In this document: in pieces, positions 27,562-35,870 of the stretch
Layout of the letters: each line of letters begins with the position of its first letter
Numbering within the stretch: position 1 is the stretch's first letter
Source: an uncultured Oscillibacter sp.
GTDB taxonomy: Bacteria > Bacillota > Clostridia > Oscillospirales > Oscillospiraceae
DNA: 40,640 nucleotides
NCBI GenBank assembly: GCA_946183715.1
Contig: CAMHDB010000001.1
Span: forward strand, 1-40,640
Direction of reading: 5' to 3'
Made by a program: the position numbers and the translations under genes
Notes under the pieces: model-generated
Told to the model about the DNA's origin: nothing
Database searches by the model: none
The model's input: the letters and a program-made list of their open reading frames with translations, nothing else

Positions 27562-28842
27562 ATGGAAGAAGACCATCAGGTCAGAGAGAAAATCGACCCC
27601 AAAATCATCGTGGCCCTGATTTCGGGCCTTGTCTCGATTGTCAGCGCCGCCGTTCCACTGCTCAGCGCCACCGAACGGAATCTGGTTCTCGTCTCCCTCG
27701 GCTTCCTGCTCGCCCTCGTCCTGATGGGAATCTGTGTGTTCATCCTCTTCCGGCGGCGGCTCTACGTCGGAATCGCCGCGCTGGTACTCCTCGCCGGGTC
27801 GCTAATCTCCGGACTGCTGGCGACACACGTCGTCGCGGAGCCCGTCGCCCTCAACTATGCCAATGCGACCGTTTCCGTATACGCCGGAACCGGGGAGCGC
27901 GAATTTCGCGACGGCGCGTTCGACGAATGCGCGTTTGTCTCCCCGGCCTGCCTGAGCGCGTGGGGCGAGCGACTGTACGTCACCGACAGCGACAGAATAC
28001 GCCTGCTTGAAAACGGCGCGGTCTCCACGGAGGCATTCCCCGCAAGCCACTATAACGCCCTCATGATTCGGAATCTCGAGTCCGACTTGTACGTACTCGC
28101 CGAAAACCGCCAGATGGAAAACGGCAAATACTACAACTTCTTTCTGCGAATCCGCAACGGGGAGGCGGAAGTCGTGTCGGGGCGGCTGGACGTGGGCGCC
28201 TTCAAGGCGACTGTGCCCGACTTCGCCTTTTCGCGCGGCGGCGTACTGTGGTTTATCCGCCTCTACGACGCCCCCGGCGGCTCGAATGCCACCCTGCAGC
28301 GCCTGACCTACGACCGCGACGCCGACCGCTACGGCCCGCCGGAATGGGCCAAGGACATCCCCTACGAGGCCGACGACATGAAGGAATCCCGGATAGCCTT
28401 CGACGCCGACGACAACCTCTATATTACTATCCCCGGGCAGGGAATCATTCTCCGGCTGGGCGCGGACGAACAGGAGTTCCGGGTCTTCGCCGGGAAGGAG
28501 GGCGAACACGGCTTCAACGACCGGGGGGAAATCACGTTCGACCACCCGACGGCCATACTGCCCATTTACGGGCGGCTGTACGTACTCGACAACGGCGTTG
28601 TGCGGCGTCTGGGCGTCGACGGCGGGCGCGTCACGGCGTGCGAGACTTTGGCGGGCGTCCCGCCGGAAGTCCTGAACTCCGGGAAGGTCAATATCTGGAC
28701 TGCCGAGAAGGACGCGAGCGTCCCGGGGGAGGAGTTCGCCGTACAGGCGCACGACAAGGCCTCTCTGGCCTTGGACAGTCGCGGGCGGCTCCTGCTCAGC
28801 GACCCCGAGAACAGCTACATCTACCAAATCACGGAAGAGTGA
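27562..28842 (+). CDS. Membrane protein with three N-terminal TM helices and an NHL-like beta-propeller
   Basis: Hydrophobic N-terminus; repeats such as LYVTDS, IAFDADDNLYI, FDHPTAI, LALDSRGRLLLSD. Confidence 0.75.
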   Translation: MEEDHQVREKIDPKIIVALISGLVSIVSAAVPLLSATERNLVLVSLGFLLALVLMGICVFILFRRRLYVGIAALVLLAGSLISGLLATHVVAEPVALNYANATVSVYAGTGEREFRDGAFDECAFVSPACLSAWGERLYVTDSDRIRLLENGAVSTEAFPASHYNALMIRNLESDLYVLAENRQMENGKYYNFFLRIRNGEAEVVSGRLDVGAFKATVPDFAFSRGGVLWFIRLYDAPGGSNATLQRLTYDRDADRYGPPEWAKDIPYEADDMKESRIAFDADDNLYITIPGQGIILRLGADEQEFRVFAGKEGEHGFNDRGEITFDHPTAILPIYGRLYVLDNGVVRRLGVDGGRVTACETLAGVPPEVLNSGKVNIWTAEKDASVPGEEFAVQAHDKASLALDSRGRLLLSDPENSYIYQITEE

Positions 28843-28855
28843 CATTTGCGGGAGG

Positions 28856-30277
28856 GTGGTTATCATTAAACGTATCTGGAAGCACGGGCTATGCGCGCTT
28901 TTGTCGGCCTGCGTGGCCGTGGGTATCCTGCAAACACGGGACATGGCGTTCGGCCCGGGTATCAGCGTCTACGACGCGGTGTCGGTCGACGGGAGCGCCG
29001 TACTGCACACGGAGTACCTGACCGCCGTCGACGGCCCCGAGAGCGCCTTCGAGGCCGTCAGCCGTCAGGCCAATTCCATGAGCGATGAGCAGAAGCGCAA
29101 CCCCGCCGACGTGAATCAGGCCGTACTATTCGCCGAGACCGCCGTCGCGGCGGCGGTGCGCAAGACCGACAACGCCCCGGTGATTCATATCAGCAAGGAC
29201 ACGCTGTCGGCGCTGACGGAGACGGCAAAGGAAGTCCGCGACCGGGCCGCGCAAGTCCTTTCGGACGGCGGCGTAGCCGTCACGCGCACGCTCTCCGCCA
29301 CGGCCACCGTCGAAACGTCCGCGAGCGCGTTCACACTCGTCATCCATTCGGATATACTGGATACGGCGGCGGATAAAATCCGGGTGGACGCGCCGGAGTT
29401 CTCGATAACCTTCCGGCCCGACGATTTCCGTGCCGAACTCCGCCCCGCCCCGCGTACACTCTCTATCGCCGTCGCAATGACGCCCGGGGAGTACGAGCCG
29501 GGAACGACCGTGCCGATTCCGCGTGTCAAGATTGAAGTCCCCGACGGGCAGTTGTCCGCGCCGCTGACGCTCTCGCTGAATCCGGGCAGTAACGAGCCGT
29601 CGACGCTGTCGGTCTACGGGGCCGCCGGGAAGAGCGCCGCGAGCAAGTACAATCCGGCCTCCCGCACGCTGGACGCCTGTCTCAACGCCAGCGACGTGTA
29701 TACCTTCGGCAAGCGCAACGTATACTTCACCGACCTGACCGAGAAAGACCGCAAAGTCCGCACGGCTGTGGAGACCCTCGCGCGCGTGAACGTCGTCTAC
29801 GGCTACCCCGACCACACGTTCCACCCCGAGCGCGCCGTGACCCGTTCGGAGTTCGTCGCGTTCGTCATGCGCACGCTGGGACGCGTCAACAACTCCCTGA
29901 AGTCGCCGTTCGTCGACGTGACCGAGGAGAACGGCTGTTACCACGAAGTCGCCTCCGCCTACTACTACGGCATCATCAAGGGCTACGACGAGGAGCACTT
30001 CTGCGGCGACAAGCTCATCAGCAAGACGCAAATCTACACGATTCTGGGCCGGATTCTCGAAAACGAGATGGGCTACTGGCCCCCCGAAAATCCGGCGGAG
30101 TACCTGAAAGAGGAGTTCACCGACACCGTCGACGAGTGGGCGCAATCCGAGATTGCGCTGGCGGTTCGCGAGGGGCTTGTCATCCGGCAGAGCGACGGCG
30201 CGTTCGCCGGACTGCAAATGATGGACAGGGGCGACGTGGCTTTGATTATCTACGGCCTCTACCAGAGACTGTACTGA
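28856..30277 (+). CDS. Secreted SLH-domain protein
   Basis: Signal-like N-terminus; C-terminal GYPDHTFHPERAVTRSEF and two more degenerate SLH repeats. Confidence 0.85.
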   Translation: MVIIKRIWKHGLCALLSACVAVGILQTRDMAFGPGISVYDAVSVDGSAVLHTEYLTAVDGPESAFEAVSRQANSMSDEQKRNPADVNQAVLFAETAVAAAVRKTDNAPVIHISKDTLSALTETAKEVRDRAAQVLSDGGVAVTRTLSATATVETSASAFTLVIHSDILDTAADKIRVDAPEFSITFRPDDFRAELRPAPRTLSIAVAMTPGEYEPGTTVPIPRVKIEVPDGQLSAPLTLSLNPGSNEPSTLSVYGAAGKSAASKYNPASRTLDACLNASDVYTFGKRNVYFTDLTEKDRKVRTAVETLARVNVVYGYPDHTFHPERAVTRSEFVAFVMRTLGRVNNSLKSPFVDVTEENGCYHEVASAYYYGIIKGYDEEHFCGDKLISKTQIYTILGRILENEMGYWPPENPAEYLKEEFTDTVDEWAQSEIALAVREGLVIRQSDGAFAGLQMMDRGDVALIIYGLYQRLY

Positions 30278-30282
30278 CGGAA

Positions 30283-30314
30283 CGCTTCCCCATTCCGCCC
30301 GGGATGGGGAAGCG
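30283..30314 (+). terminator. GC-rich hairpin after the SLH gene
   Basis: cgcttccccat...atggggaagcg stem; no strong U-tract. Confidence 0.4.
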
Positions 30315-30393
30315 ATAAGAAATCTTATTAGGAAAGTATCGCACGGGCGGGATTCCGTCCCGTCCGGAAGAAAAAATTCAAAGGGGGTAGGTC

Positions 30394-32439
30394 GTGGTGG
30401 CAAGGCGAACATTGTACGCGATTCTGGCGTGGCTCCTTCTGGTCGCGCAGGCGGCACCGGACGCAATGGCGGGGACGGTTCCCGGAATCGAAGCGTATGT
30501 ACGAGAAGCGGCTGCCGCGGAAACAGAGGTCACTTGGGAGGATTTGGCGTTTCCGTTCGTCAACTCCGACAAGGAAGTCACCGCAAAGAATATGCCCGGA
30601 ATCGGCTACGAGGCTTGTACCAGCGCCGACGGCAAGCCCTACAAGATTCCCTACGAGCGCTACACCGAGATTTTCAACGAGACCGCGCAGGCCATCGCCT
30701 ACTACAACAGCGCCCAGCAGTGGAAGGGCAGTTGTTACGGCATGGCGGTCGTCGCGGCGTTGCTCTACCAGCACCAGAGACAGGTCAACCAGACCGGAAT
30801 GCTTCCCGTGTCGGGCAAGCCCGGGGAACTCATGGTCGATTTCGACAACCTCGAAAACGACGAGCTTGTGAAGTTCATCGAGGCGATTCAGGTCAGCCAG
30901 CAGGATTCCATCATCCAGCACGACTACGCGAAGAATAAGGACCGCTACGACGACCTCGTGTCGGAAGTACGGGCCTTCCAGCGGAGCAAGGACCACCCGG
31001 TTTTGATTGCAATCGGCATGACCGGACAGGCGCACGCCCTGATTGGCTACAAAGTCGTGGAGTACAGCGAGACCGAGACGCGTATCATGGTCTACGACTG
31101 CAACCTCCCCGGGCCTGACCGCTGGATTACGCTCGAAAAAGACCGTCAGGGCCACTATTTCCGCTGGTACTACCGCATGAACGACAATCAGGACTGGGGC
31201 CCGCGCTACGACGAGAAGGGGAGCTGGATTTCCTACGTCCCCTACAGCGACTTCTACCAAACATGGATTAACCGCCCGGACGTGAACGGCAACAGTAAAG
31301 AGCAACTCCTGACGATTAACGTCGCCAACGCGTTCGTCACGGACGAGTACGGCGAAAACAAGGTGGAAATCAAGGACGGCGTGGTCTACACGTCGGAGAC
31401 GGACGTGTACCCCATGGTCGAACTCGCCGTGACGGCGGACGCGCCGCTCGTGCCGCAGGTCGAAAGTACGGGCGTCTACGTGTGGCTGCCCACCGGGCAC
31501 CAGTACACGGTCGTCAACCGCGACGAGGAGGCCACGCTGGAGGCCACGATGGTACACGTCAAGCAGTACGCGACGGTCACGACCGCCGCGCGGAGCGTGA
31601 CGTTCTACGTCGACGACGCGCACAACCTCAACGCCGTGGAACTCGGCGAACCCGGCGCGCGCTACGAAATCGAGCTCTATTCGACGCTTCCGAATACCGA
31701 ACGCGTCGCGCAGCTACGCGGCACGACCACGCTCATGGTCTCGTCCGACAGCAATCCCCTCTCGTTTGTGCAGTCCGACGGCGTCCTCTACGGCGACAAC
31801 GTCAACAACGCCTCCCTCGTCGTCGGGGAGAACGAAATCTCCTCCAGCTCCCTCAAAGAGGGCGCGCACGAGAAAGTAGACAATTACCTCCCCTTTACGG
31901 ATGTCGCGCAGGGCTCGGCCTACTACGACGCCATTTCATGGGCCGTCGAGCAGAATATCACGAAGGGCACTTCCTACAACCCGAAGCAGTTCTCGCCGAA
32001 CAACCCGTGCAAGCACAGCCATATTCTTACGTTCCTGTGGCGCGCGAACCGCTCCCCGATTTACGAGGGAAGCAACCCCTTCAAGGACCTGAACGCGCAG
32101 TCGGATTTCGGCAAGGCGGCGCTGTGGGCCTACGGCAAGGAGATGATTACCCCGGAGAAATACGACGCCTCCCGGCCCTGTACGCGTTCCGAGGCGGTGA
32201 CGTACCTCTGGAAACTCGCCAAAAGTCCGGCGATTCGCGGCAGTGCCCTCACGGATGTGTTAGATAACTTTACGGATGTTTCCACGGACAGTGAATACGC
32301 GCAGGCGGTCGCGTGGGCCGTCAACCTTGGCATTACCAAGGGCACCACGGAGACTACCTTCTCCCCGGACAAAACCTGTACCCGTGGACAGATTGTAACA
32401 TTCCTCTACCGCTGTTACGGAGAGACCGACGCCGCGTAA
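30394..32439 (+). CDS. Secreted SLH-anchored protein with putative papain-like cysteine peptidase domain
   Basis: Signal peptide; GSCYGMA ... AHALIGY ... VYDCN (Cys-His-Asp order); three C-terminal SLH repeats. Confidence 0.75.
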   Translation: MVARRTLYAILAWLLLVAQAAPDAMAGTVPGIEAYVREAAAAETEVTWEDLAFPFVNSDKEVTAKNMPGIGYEACTSADGKPYKIPYERYTEIFNETAQAIAYYNSAQQWKGSCYGMAVVAALLYQHQRQVNQTGMLPVSGKPGELMVDFDNLENDELVKFIEAIQVSQQDSIIQHDYAKNKDRYDDLVSEVRAFQRSKDHPVLIAIGMTGQAHALIGYKVVEYSETETRIMVYDCNLPGPDRWITLEKDRQGHYFRWYYRMNDNQDWGPRYDEKGSWISYVPYSDFYQTWINRPDVNGNSKEQLLTINVANAFVTDEYGENKVEIKDGVVYTSETDVYPMVELAVTADAPLVPQVESTGVYVWLPTGHQYTVVNRDEEATLEATMVHVKQYATVTTAARSVTFYVDDAHNLNAVELGEPGARYEIELYSTLPNTERVAQLRGTTTLMVSSDSNPLSFVQSDGVLYGDNVNNASLVVGENEISSSSLKEGAHEKVDNYLPFTDVAQGSAYYDAISWAVEQNITKGTSYNPKQFSPNNPCKHSHILTFLWRANRSPIYEGSNPFKDLNAQSDFGKAALWAYGKEMITPEKYDASRPCTRSEAVTYLWKLAKSPAIRGSALTDVLDNFTDVSTDSEYAQAVAWAVNLGITKGTTETTFSPDKTCTRGQIVTFLYRCYGETDAA

Positions 32440-32501
32440 GTGCGCGGCGGTCGCGGGGCGGGTTCGGCGAATGTGAAATTTGTATCATGGGAGGAGTTTC
32501 T

Positions 32502-33704
32502 GTGAAAAGACGTATTTATAGCGTGATACTCTTGCTTCTTTGGCTGACAGCGTTCCCGTTTGCCGCGGGGGCGGAAGGGCGCATTTTTCAGGGGCATATC
32601 GTCGACGGCGCGCTGACCGACGAGAACAAGGACTCGAAAATCTATCAGGGGCACATCGTCGACGGCGTAACCGCCGACGACGGCAACGGCGCTCCCGGCG
32701 CGCAAGTCCCGGATAACGCCCAAACCTTTACTGTCACATTTTATCCGAACGGGGCCGGGGCGTCTGTTCCGTGGAACACGAAGCAGGTCACGAACGGGAG
32801 AGCCTACGGAGAACTGCCCGTGCCGGAGCGGAATAATTATGTGTTTCAGGGCTGGTACACGGTCACGGGCACGAAAATCACAGCCAACAACGTGGTCAGC
32901 CTCAGCGCCAACCTGAACCTTTACGCGCAGTGGGCCGTTGTGACGTATGAGGTCAGGCTGGACGCCAACGGCGGAACGCTCCGCGAACTTTCGATTGACA
33001 TCCCGAAGGGCGGCGACTACGGCGAACTCCCGCGCCCCGCCCGCACGGGCTACACGTTCGAGGGCTGGTACACGCTTCCGCACGGCGGGGAGCGCGTGTC
33101 GAACTACGGGCCGCTCTACCGGCAGGAGAACCACACCCTCTACGCACACTGGGCCGTCATGCCCGTGCTGGCCGATACGGAGGACTACGCCGGGCCCGGG
33201 TTTCAGGACGTGTCGACGAGTTCGAGCTACTACCCGGCGGTGTGCTGGGCGGTTCGCCGGGGGATTACGAGCGGGACTTCCGCCGAGACGTTTTCGCCGA
33301 ACGACCCCTGCAAGCGCCGCCATATTCTCACGTTCCTGTGGCGCGCCAACGGCTGTCCGGAAACGCAACTCGCGTTGAGCGCGGTCAGCCCGGGGACGCT
33401 GTGGGCCTACGAGAACACGCTGATTCCCGCCGAAGTCCTCTACAACGACGAGGAGGCGTCCACGCGCTCCGACGCCGTGACGTATCTATGGAAACTGGCG
33501 GGCTGCCCGACGGAGGAGGCGTCTTTGCAATCGGTTCTGGAGCGCTTCACGGACGTTTCGCCGGACAGCGACTACGCGTCGGCGGTGGCGTGGGCCCTAG
33601 ACGCCGGAATCACGAACGGCACCACGGACACCACGTTTTCCCCGGAGCGTATCTGCACGCGCGGGCAGATTGTGACGTTCCTGTACCGCTGTTACACCAA
33701 CTGA
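32502..33704 (+). CDS. Secreted protein with two Listeria-Bacteroides (InlB B) repeats and SLH domains
   Basis: GTG start after GGAGGAG; signal peptide; YGELP..P.R..Y.F.GWYT...LYA.W twice; SLH C-terminus. Confidence 0.88.
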   Translation: MKRRIYSVILLLLWLTAFPFAAGAEGRIFQGHIVDGALTDENKDSKIYQGHIVDGVTADDGNGAPGAQVPDNAQTFTVTFYPNGAGASVPWNTKQVTNGRAYGELPVPERNNYVFQGWYTVTGTKITANNVVSLSANLNLYAQWAVVTYEVRLDANGGTLRELSIDIPKGGDYGELPRPARTGYTFEGWYTLPHGGERVSNYGPLYRQENHTLYAHWAVMPVLADTEDYAGPGFQDVSTSSSYYPAVCWAVRRGITSGTSAETFSPNDPCKRRHILTFLWRANGCPETQLALSAVSPGTLWAYENTLIPAEVLYNDEEASTRSDAVTYLWKLAGCPTEEASLQSVLERFTDVSPDSDYASAVAWALDAGITNGTTDTTFSPERICTRGQIVTFLYRCYTN

Positions 33705-33711
33705 ACAAACG

Positions 33712-33737
33712 ACACCCCCGCCGGAAAGCGGGGGTGT
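33712..33737. terminator. Terminator hairpin between convergent genes
   Basis: acacccccgc-cggaaa-gcgggggtgt, flanked by A/T-rich runs. Confidence 0.7.
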
Positions 33738-33748
33738 ATTCTTTACGC

Positions 33749-34729
33749 TCACAGCTTTTTCGTATAGTTCAGGCTAATCCAGCGTTCGGCGGCGAAGCGT
33801 CCCCAGCCGTTACGCTCCTCCAGAATCGTGACGACCGTCCCCGTGGACAAGTTCCCCTGCGCGGGGTGTTCGACGCCGGGGCCGCTCCGGACGCGTAAGG
33901 ACGGGCACGCGGTAATCTCGACGCGGAACCCGGTTTGCAGACGCGCGCGGGTTTCGGCGCGTTTCTGTTCCGGGGCGGAGAGCTTCACGTCGCTGAAGTC
34001 GGCCCAGCCCTCGATTCCGGTCCCGGCGAGGTGGTACGGGTGCGCCGTGCCGCGCGAATACGCCACGACTTCCGCCGCGCAGGGCGTCGCCGGGACGGCC
34101 TCCGCGTCGTCGTAGGGCCCCGAAAACTGCGAGTGTCCCTTGAACGACACGCTGTCGCCCGTTTCCGCCTCCGGCGTCCCGTACAGGTACTCGTCGGCGT
34201 CGGGGTTCGCGTCCTCCGGTACGGGTATCTCCACCGGCTCCGGCTCCGGAATCCCGGCCTTCTCGGCCTCGTAGGACGGACGGAACGCCCCCGCAATCAG
34301 GGAACGCTTCCGCTTGCGCCGCATGACCGTGCCCCCGTCGGACTGGTTGCTCGTGCTCGTGTTGCCCTCAATCGTGAACACGTACTCCTCCTCGTCGGCG
34401 AGTTCCTCGACAATCCCGACGTGCTCCGCCGTGGACAGATTCCCCGGAAAATCGAAAATCACCACGTCGCCGGGCTTCAGATTCGTGCGCTTGTACCAGT
34501 TCTTGGCCTTCTTGGCCGCCTTCATGAACTCCGCACAGGACGCCGTGCGCGTCGGCAGCAGCGCCAGCGCGTCCGCCTCATTGAAAACCCACATGACGAA
34601 CATCATGCACCATGGATTCCCGTCCAGCTTGTACCACTTTCCGTATTTCGTAAGGTTGCTGTTGGCCGGAGATTCCCGGTAGCCTAATTCCTTCCGCGCA
34701 AGGTTCAGAATTTCCTCTACGGTCGCCAT
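33749..34729 (-). CDS. CHAP-domain peptidoglycan hydrolase with two SH3-like cell-wall-binding domains
   Basis: WCMMFV, HVGIV, IEGNT (CHAP); HPYHL..GW and LRVRSGPG...GWG..WI (SH3b). Start MATVEE at 34729 with GGAGG RBS; no signal peptide. Confidence 0.85.
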   Translation of the reverse strand: MATVEEILNLARKELGYRESPANSNLTKYGKWYKLDGNPWCMMFVMWVFNEADALALLPTRTASCAEFMKAAKKAKNWYKRTNLKPGDVVIFDFPGNLSTAEHVGIVEELADEEEYVFTIEGNTSTSNQSDGGTVMRRKRKRSLIAGAFRPSYEAEKAGIPEPEPVEIPVPEDANPDADEYLYGTPEAETGDSVSFKGHSQFSGPYDDAEAVPATPCAAEVVAYSRGTAHPYHLAGTGIEGWADFSDVKLSAPEQKRAETRARLQTGFRVEITACPSLRVRSGPGVEHPAQGNLSTGTVVTILEERNGWGRFAAERWISLNYTKKL

Positions 34730-34781
34730 AATCGTACCTCCGCAACGCTGACTTCGACGGAAAAACCGCCGATTCGCGCCT

Positions 34782-34810
34782 ATTATACCTTCCACAATCT
34801 GGAAATGCAA
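34782..34810 (-). promoter_or_regulatory. Sigma-A promoter for the CHAP gene
   Basis: Minus strand TTGCAT-N17-TATAAT. Confidence 0.65.
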
Positions 34811-34830
34811 GAGGAATTTTCGGCGCTGTC

Positions 34831-34859
34831 TTGACAGCGTTTCCGGGGACACGTATAAT
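34831..34859 (+). promoter_or_regulatory. Perfect-consensus sigma-A promoter for the NERD gene
   Basis: TTGACA-N17-TATAAT followed by an AAGGAGG RBS. Confidence 0.8.
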
Positions 34860-34885
34860 GTCGGAGAGAGAAAGGAGGCCTCTTT

Positions 34886-35794
34886 ATGGGACTGTTCGAC
34901 AGACAAAAAGAGCCGGTTTTCCTGAAAACCGACAGCGAAGCGGAAAAACAGCTCGCCGCCTTACGGAAATTGCGCGGCCCGGACGGCGGGGAAAGTACGT
35001 CCCGGCTTGCGCAGGAAATCCGAATCGTAGAGGCGGGAATCGCCGGAGAGGAACGCATTCTCTTTGAACTCAAAAACAGCCATATGCCGATGTACATTCT
35101 GCACGACCTGTTCCTCGAACGGGAGGGACTGACCGCGCAAATTGATTACCTGATTGTCACGCCCTACGACCACTTTGTGTTAGAGTGCAAGAATCTGTTC
35201 GGCAACATCGAAGTCAACGACCGGGGCGAATTTATCCGGACTTTCAATTTCGGACGCGAAACCAGAAAAGAGGGCATTTACTCCCCGATTACGCAGAATC
35301 GGCGGCATTTGGAACTCATCCGGCAGATTCGCGCCGACACCAAGGGATTTATCGGAAAGGCCCTCTTTGAGAAAAATTTCTACGACACATACCGTTCTCT
35401 GATTGTGCTTGCCAATCCGAAAACCGTCGTGAACATGGGCCGCGCCCCGAAGGACGTACAGGCGCAAATACTCCGCGCCGACCAGCTCGTCGCGCATATC
35501 CGGGAGCGGAGCGAAAAGCGCTCCGACCGCATGAGCGACAAGGCCACCGAAGAATTGGCCCGCTTTTTCCTCGACGCCCACCGCCCGCAGAATATCGACT
35601 ATCTCGCGAAGTACCGCAAGCAGTTCGCGTCCGACCTCCCGAAAGCGGCGAAGCCGGAAAGCGTCGTATGCCCGAAGTGCGGCGCGCCGATGGTGAAACG
35701 CAAGGCACAGAAGGGCAAAAACGCCGGGCAGGAGTTCTATGGCTGTTCGCGGTATCCGAAATGCCGGGGCATTCTCAATATCAAGCCGACATAA
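34886..35794 (+). CDS. NERD nuclease-related domain protein with C-terminal topoisomerase-type C4 zinc finger
   Basis: GIAGE, QIDYLIV, LECKN, SPITQN; CPKCG...FYGCSRYPKC. Confidence 0.9.
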   Translation: MGLFDRQKEPVFLKTDSEAEKQLAALRKLRGPDGGESTSRLAQEIRIVEAGIAGEERILFELKNSHMPMYILHDLFLEREGLTAQIDYLIVTPYDHFVLECKNLFGNIEVNDRGEFIRTFNFGRETRKEGIYSPITQNRRHLELIRQIRADTKGFIGKALFEKNFYDTYRSLIVLANPKTVVNMGRAPKDVQAQILRADQLVAHIRERSEKRSDRMSDKATEELARFFLDAHRPQNIDYLAKYRKQFASDLPKAAKPESVVCPKCGAPMVKRKAQKGKNAGQEFYGCSRYPKCRGILNIKPT

Positions 35795-35812
35795 TTTGCC
35801 ACGCTTGCGGGC

Positions 35813-35839
35813 GGAACCTTTTTTCGCGGCGAACGTCTA
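35813..35839 (+). promoter_or_regulatory. Putative ECF sigma factor promoter upstream of the serpin
   Basis: GGAAC-N16-CGTCTA, matching the AAC-N16-CGT ECF pattern, about 30 bp before the start codon. Confidence 0.5.
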
Positions 35840-35870
35840 AAGGACAGGAACATTTCAAGGAGGCGTATTT

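Noticed and set aside
31880-33704. Diversity-generating retroelement template/variable repeat pair in the similar SLH C-termini
   Set aside because: No reverse transcriptase in the window, both copies are coding, and the differences are not adenine-specific.
33749-35794. Prophage remnant
   Set aside because: Only a lysin-like gene and a NERD gene; no integrase, holin, structural genes or att-like repeats seen.
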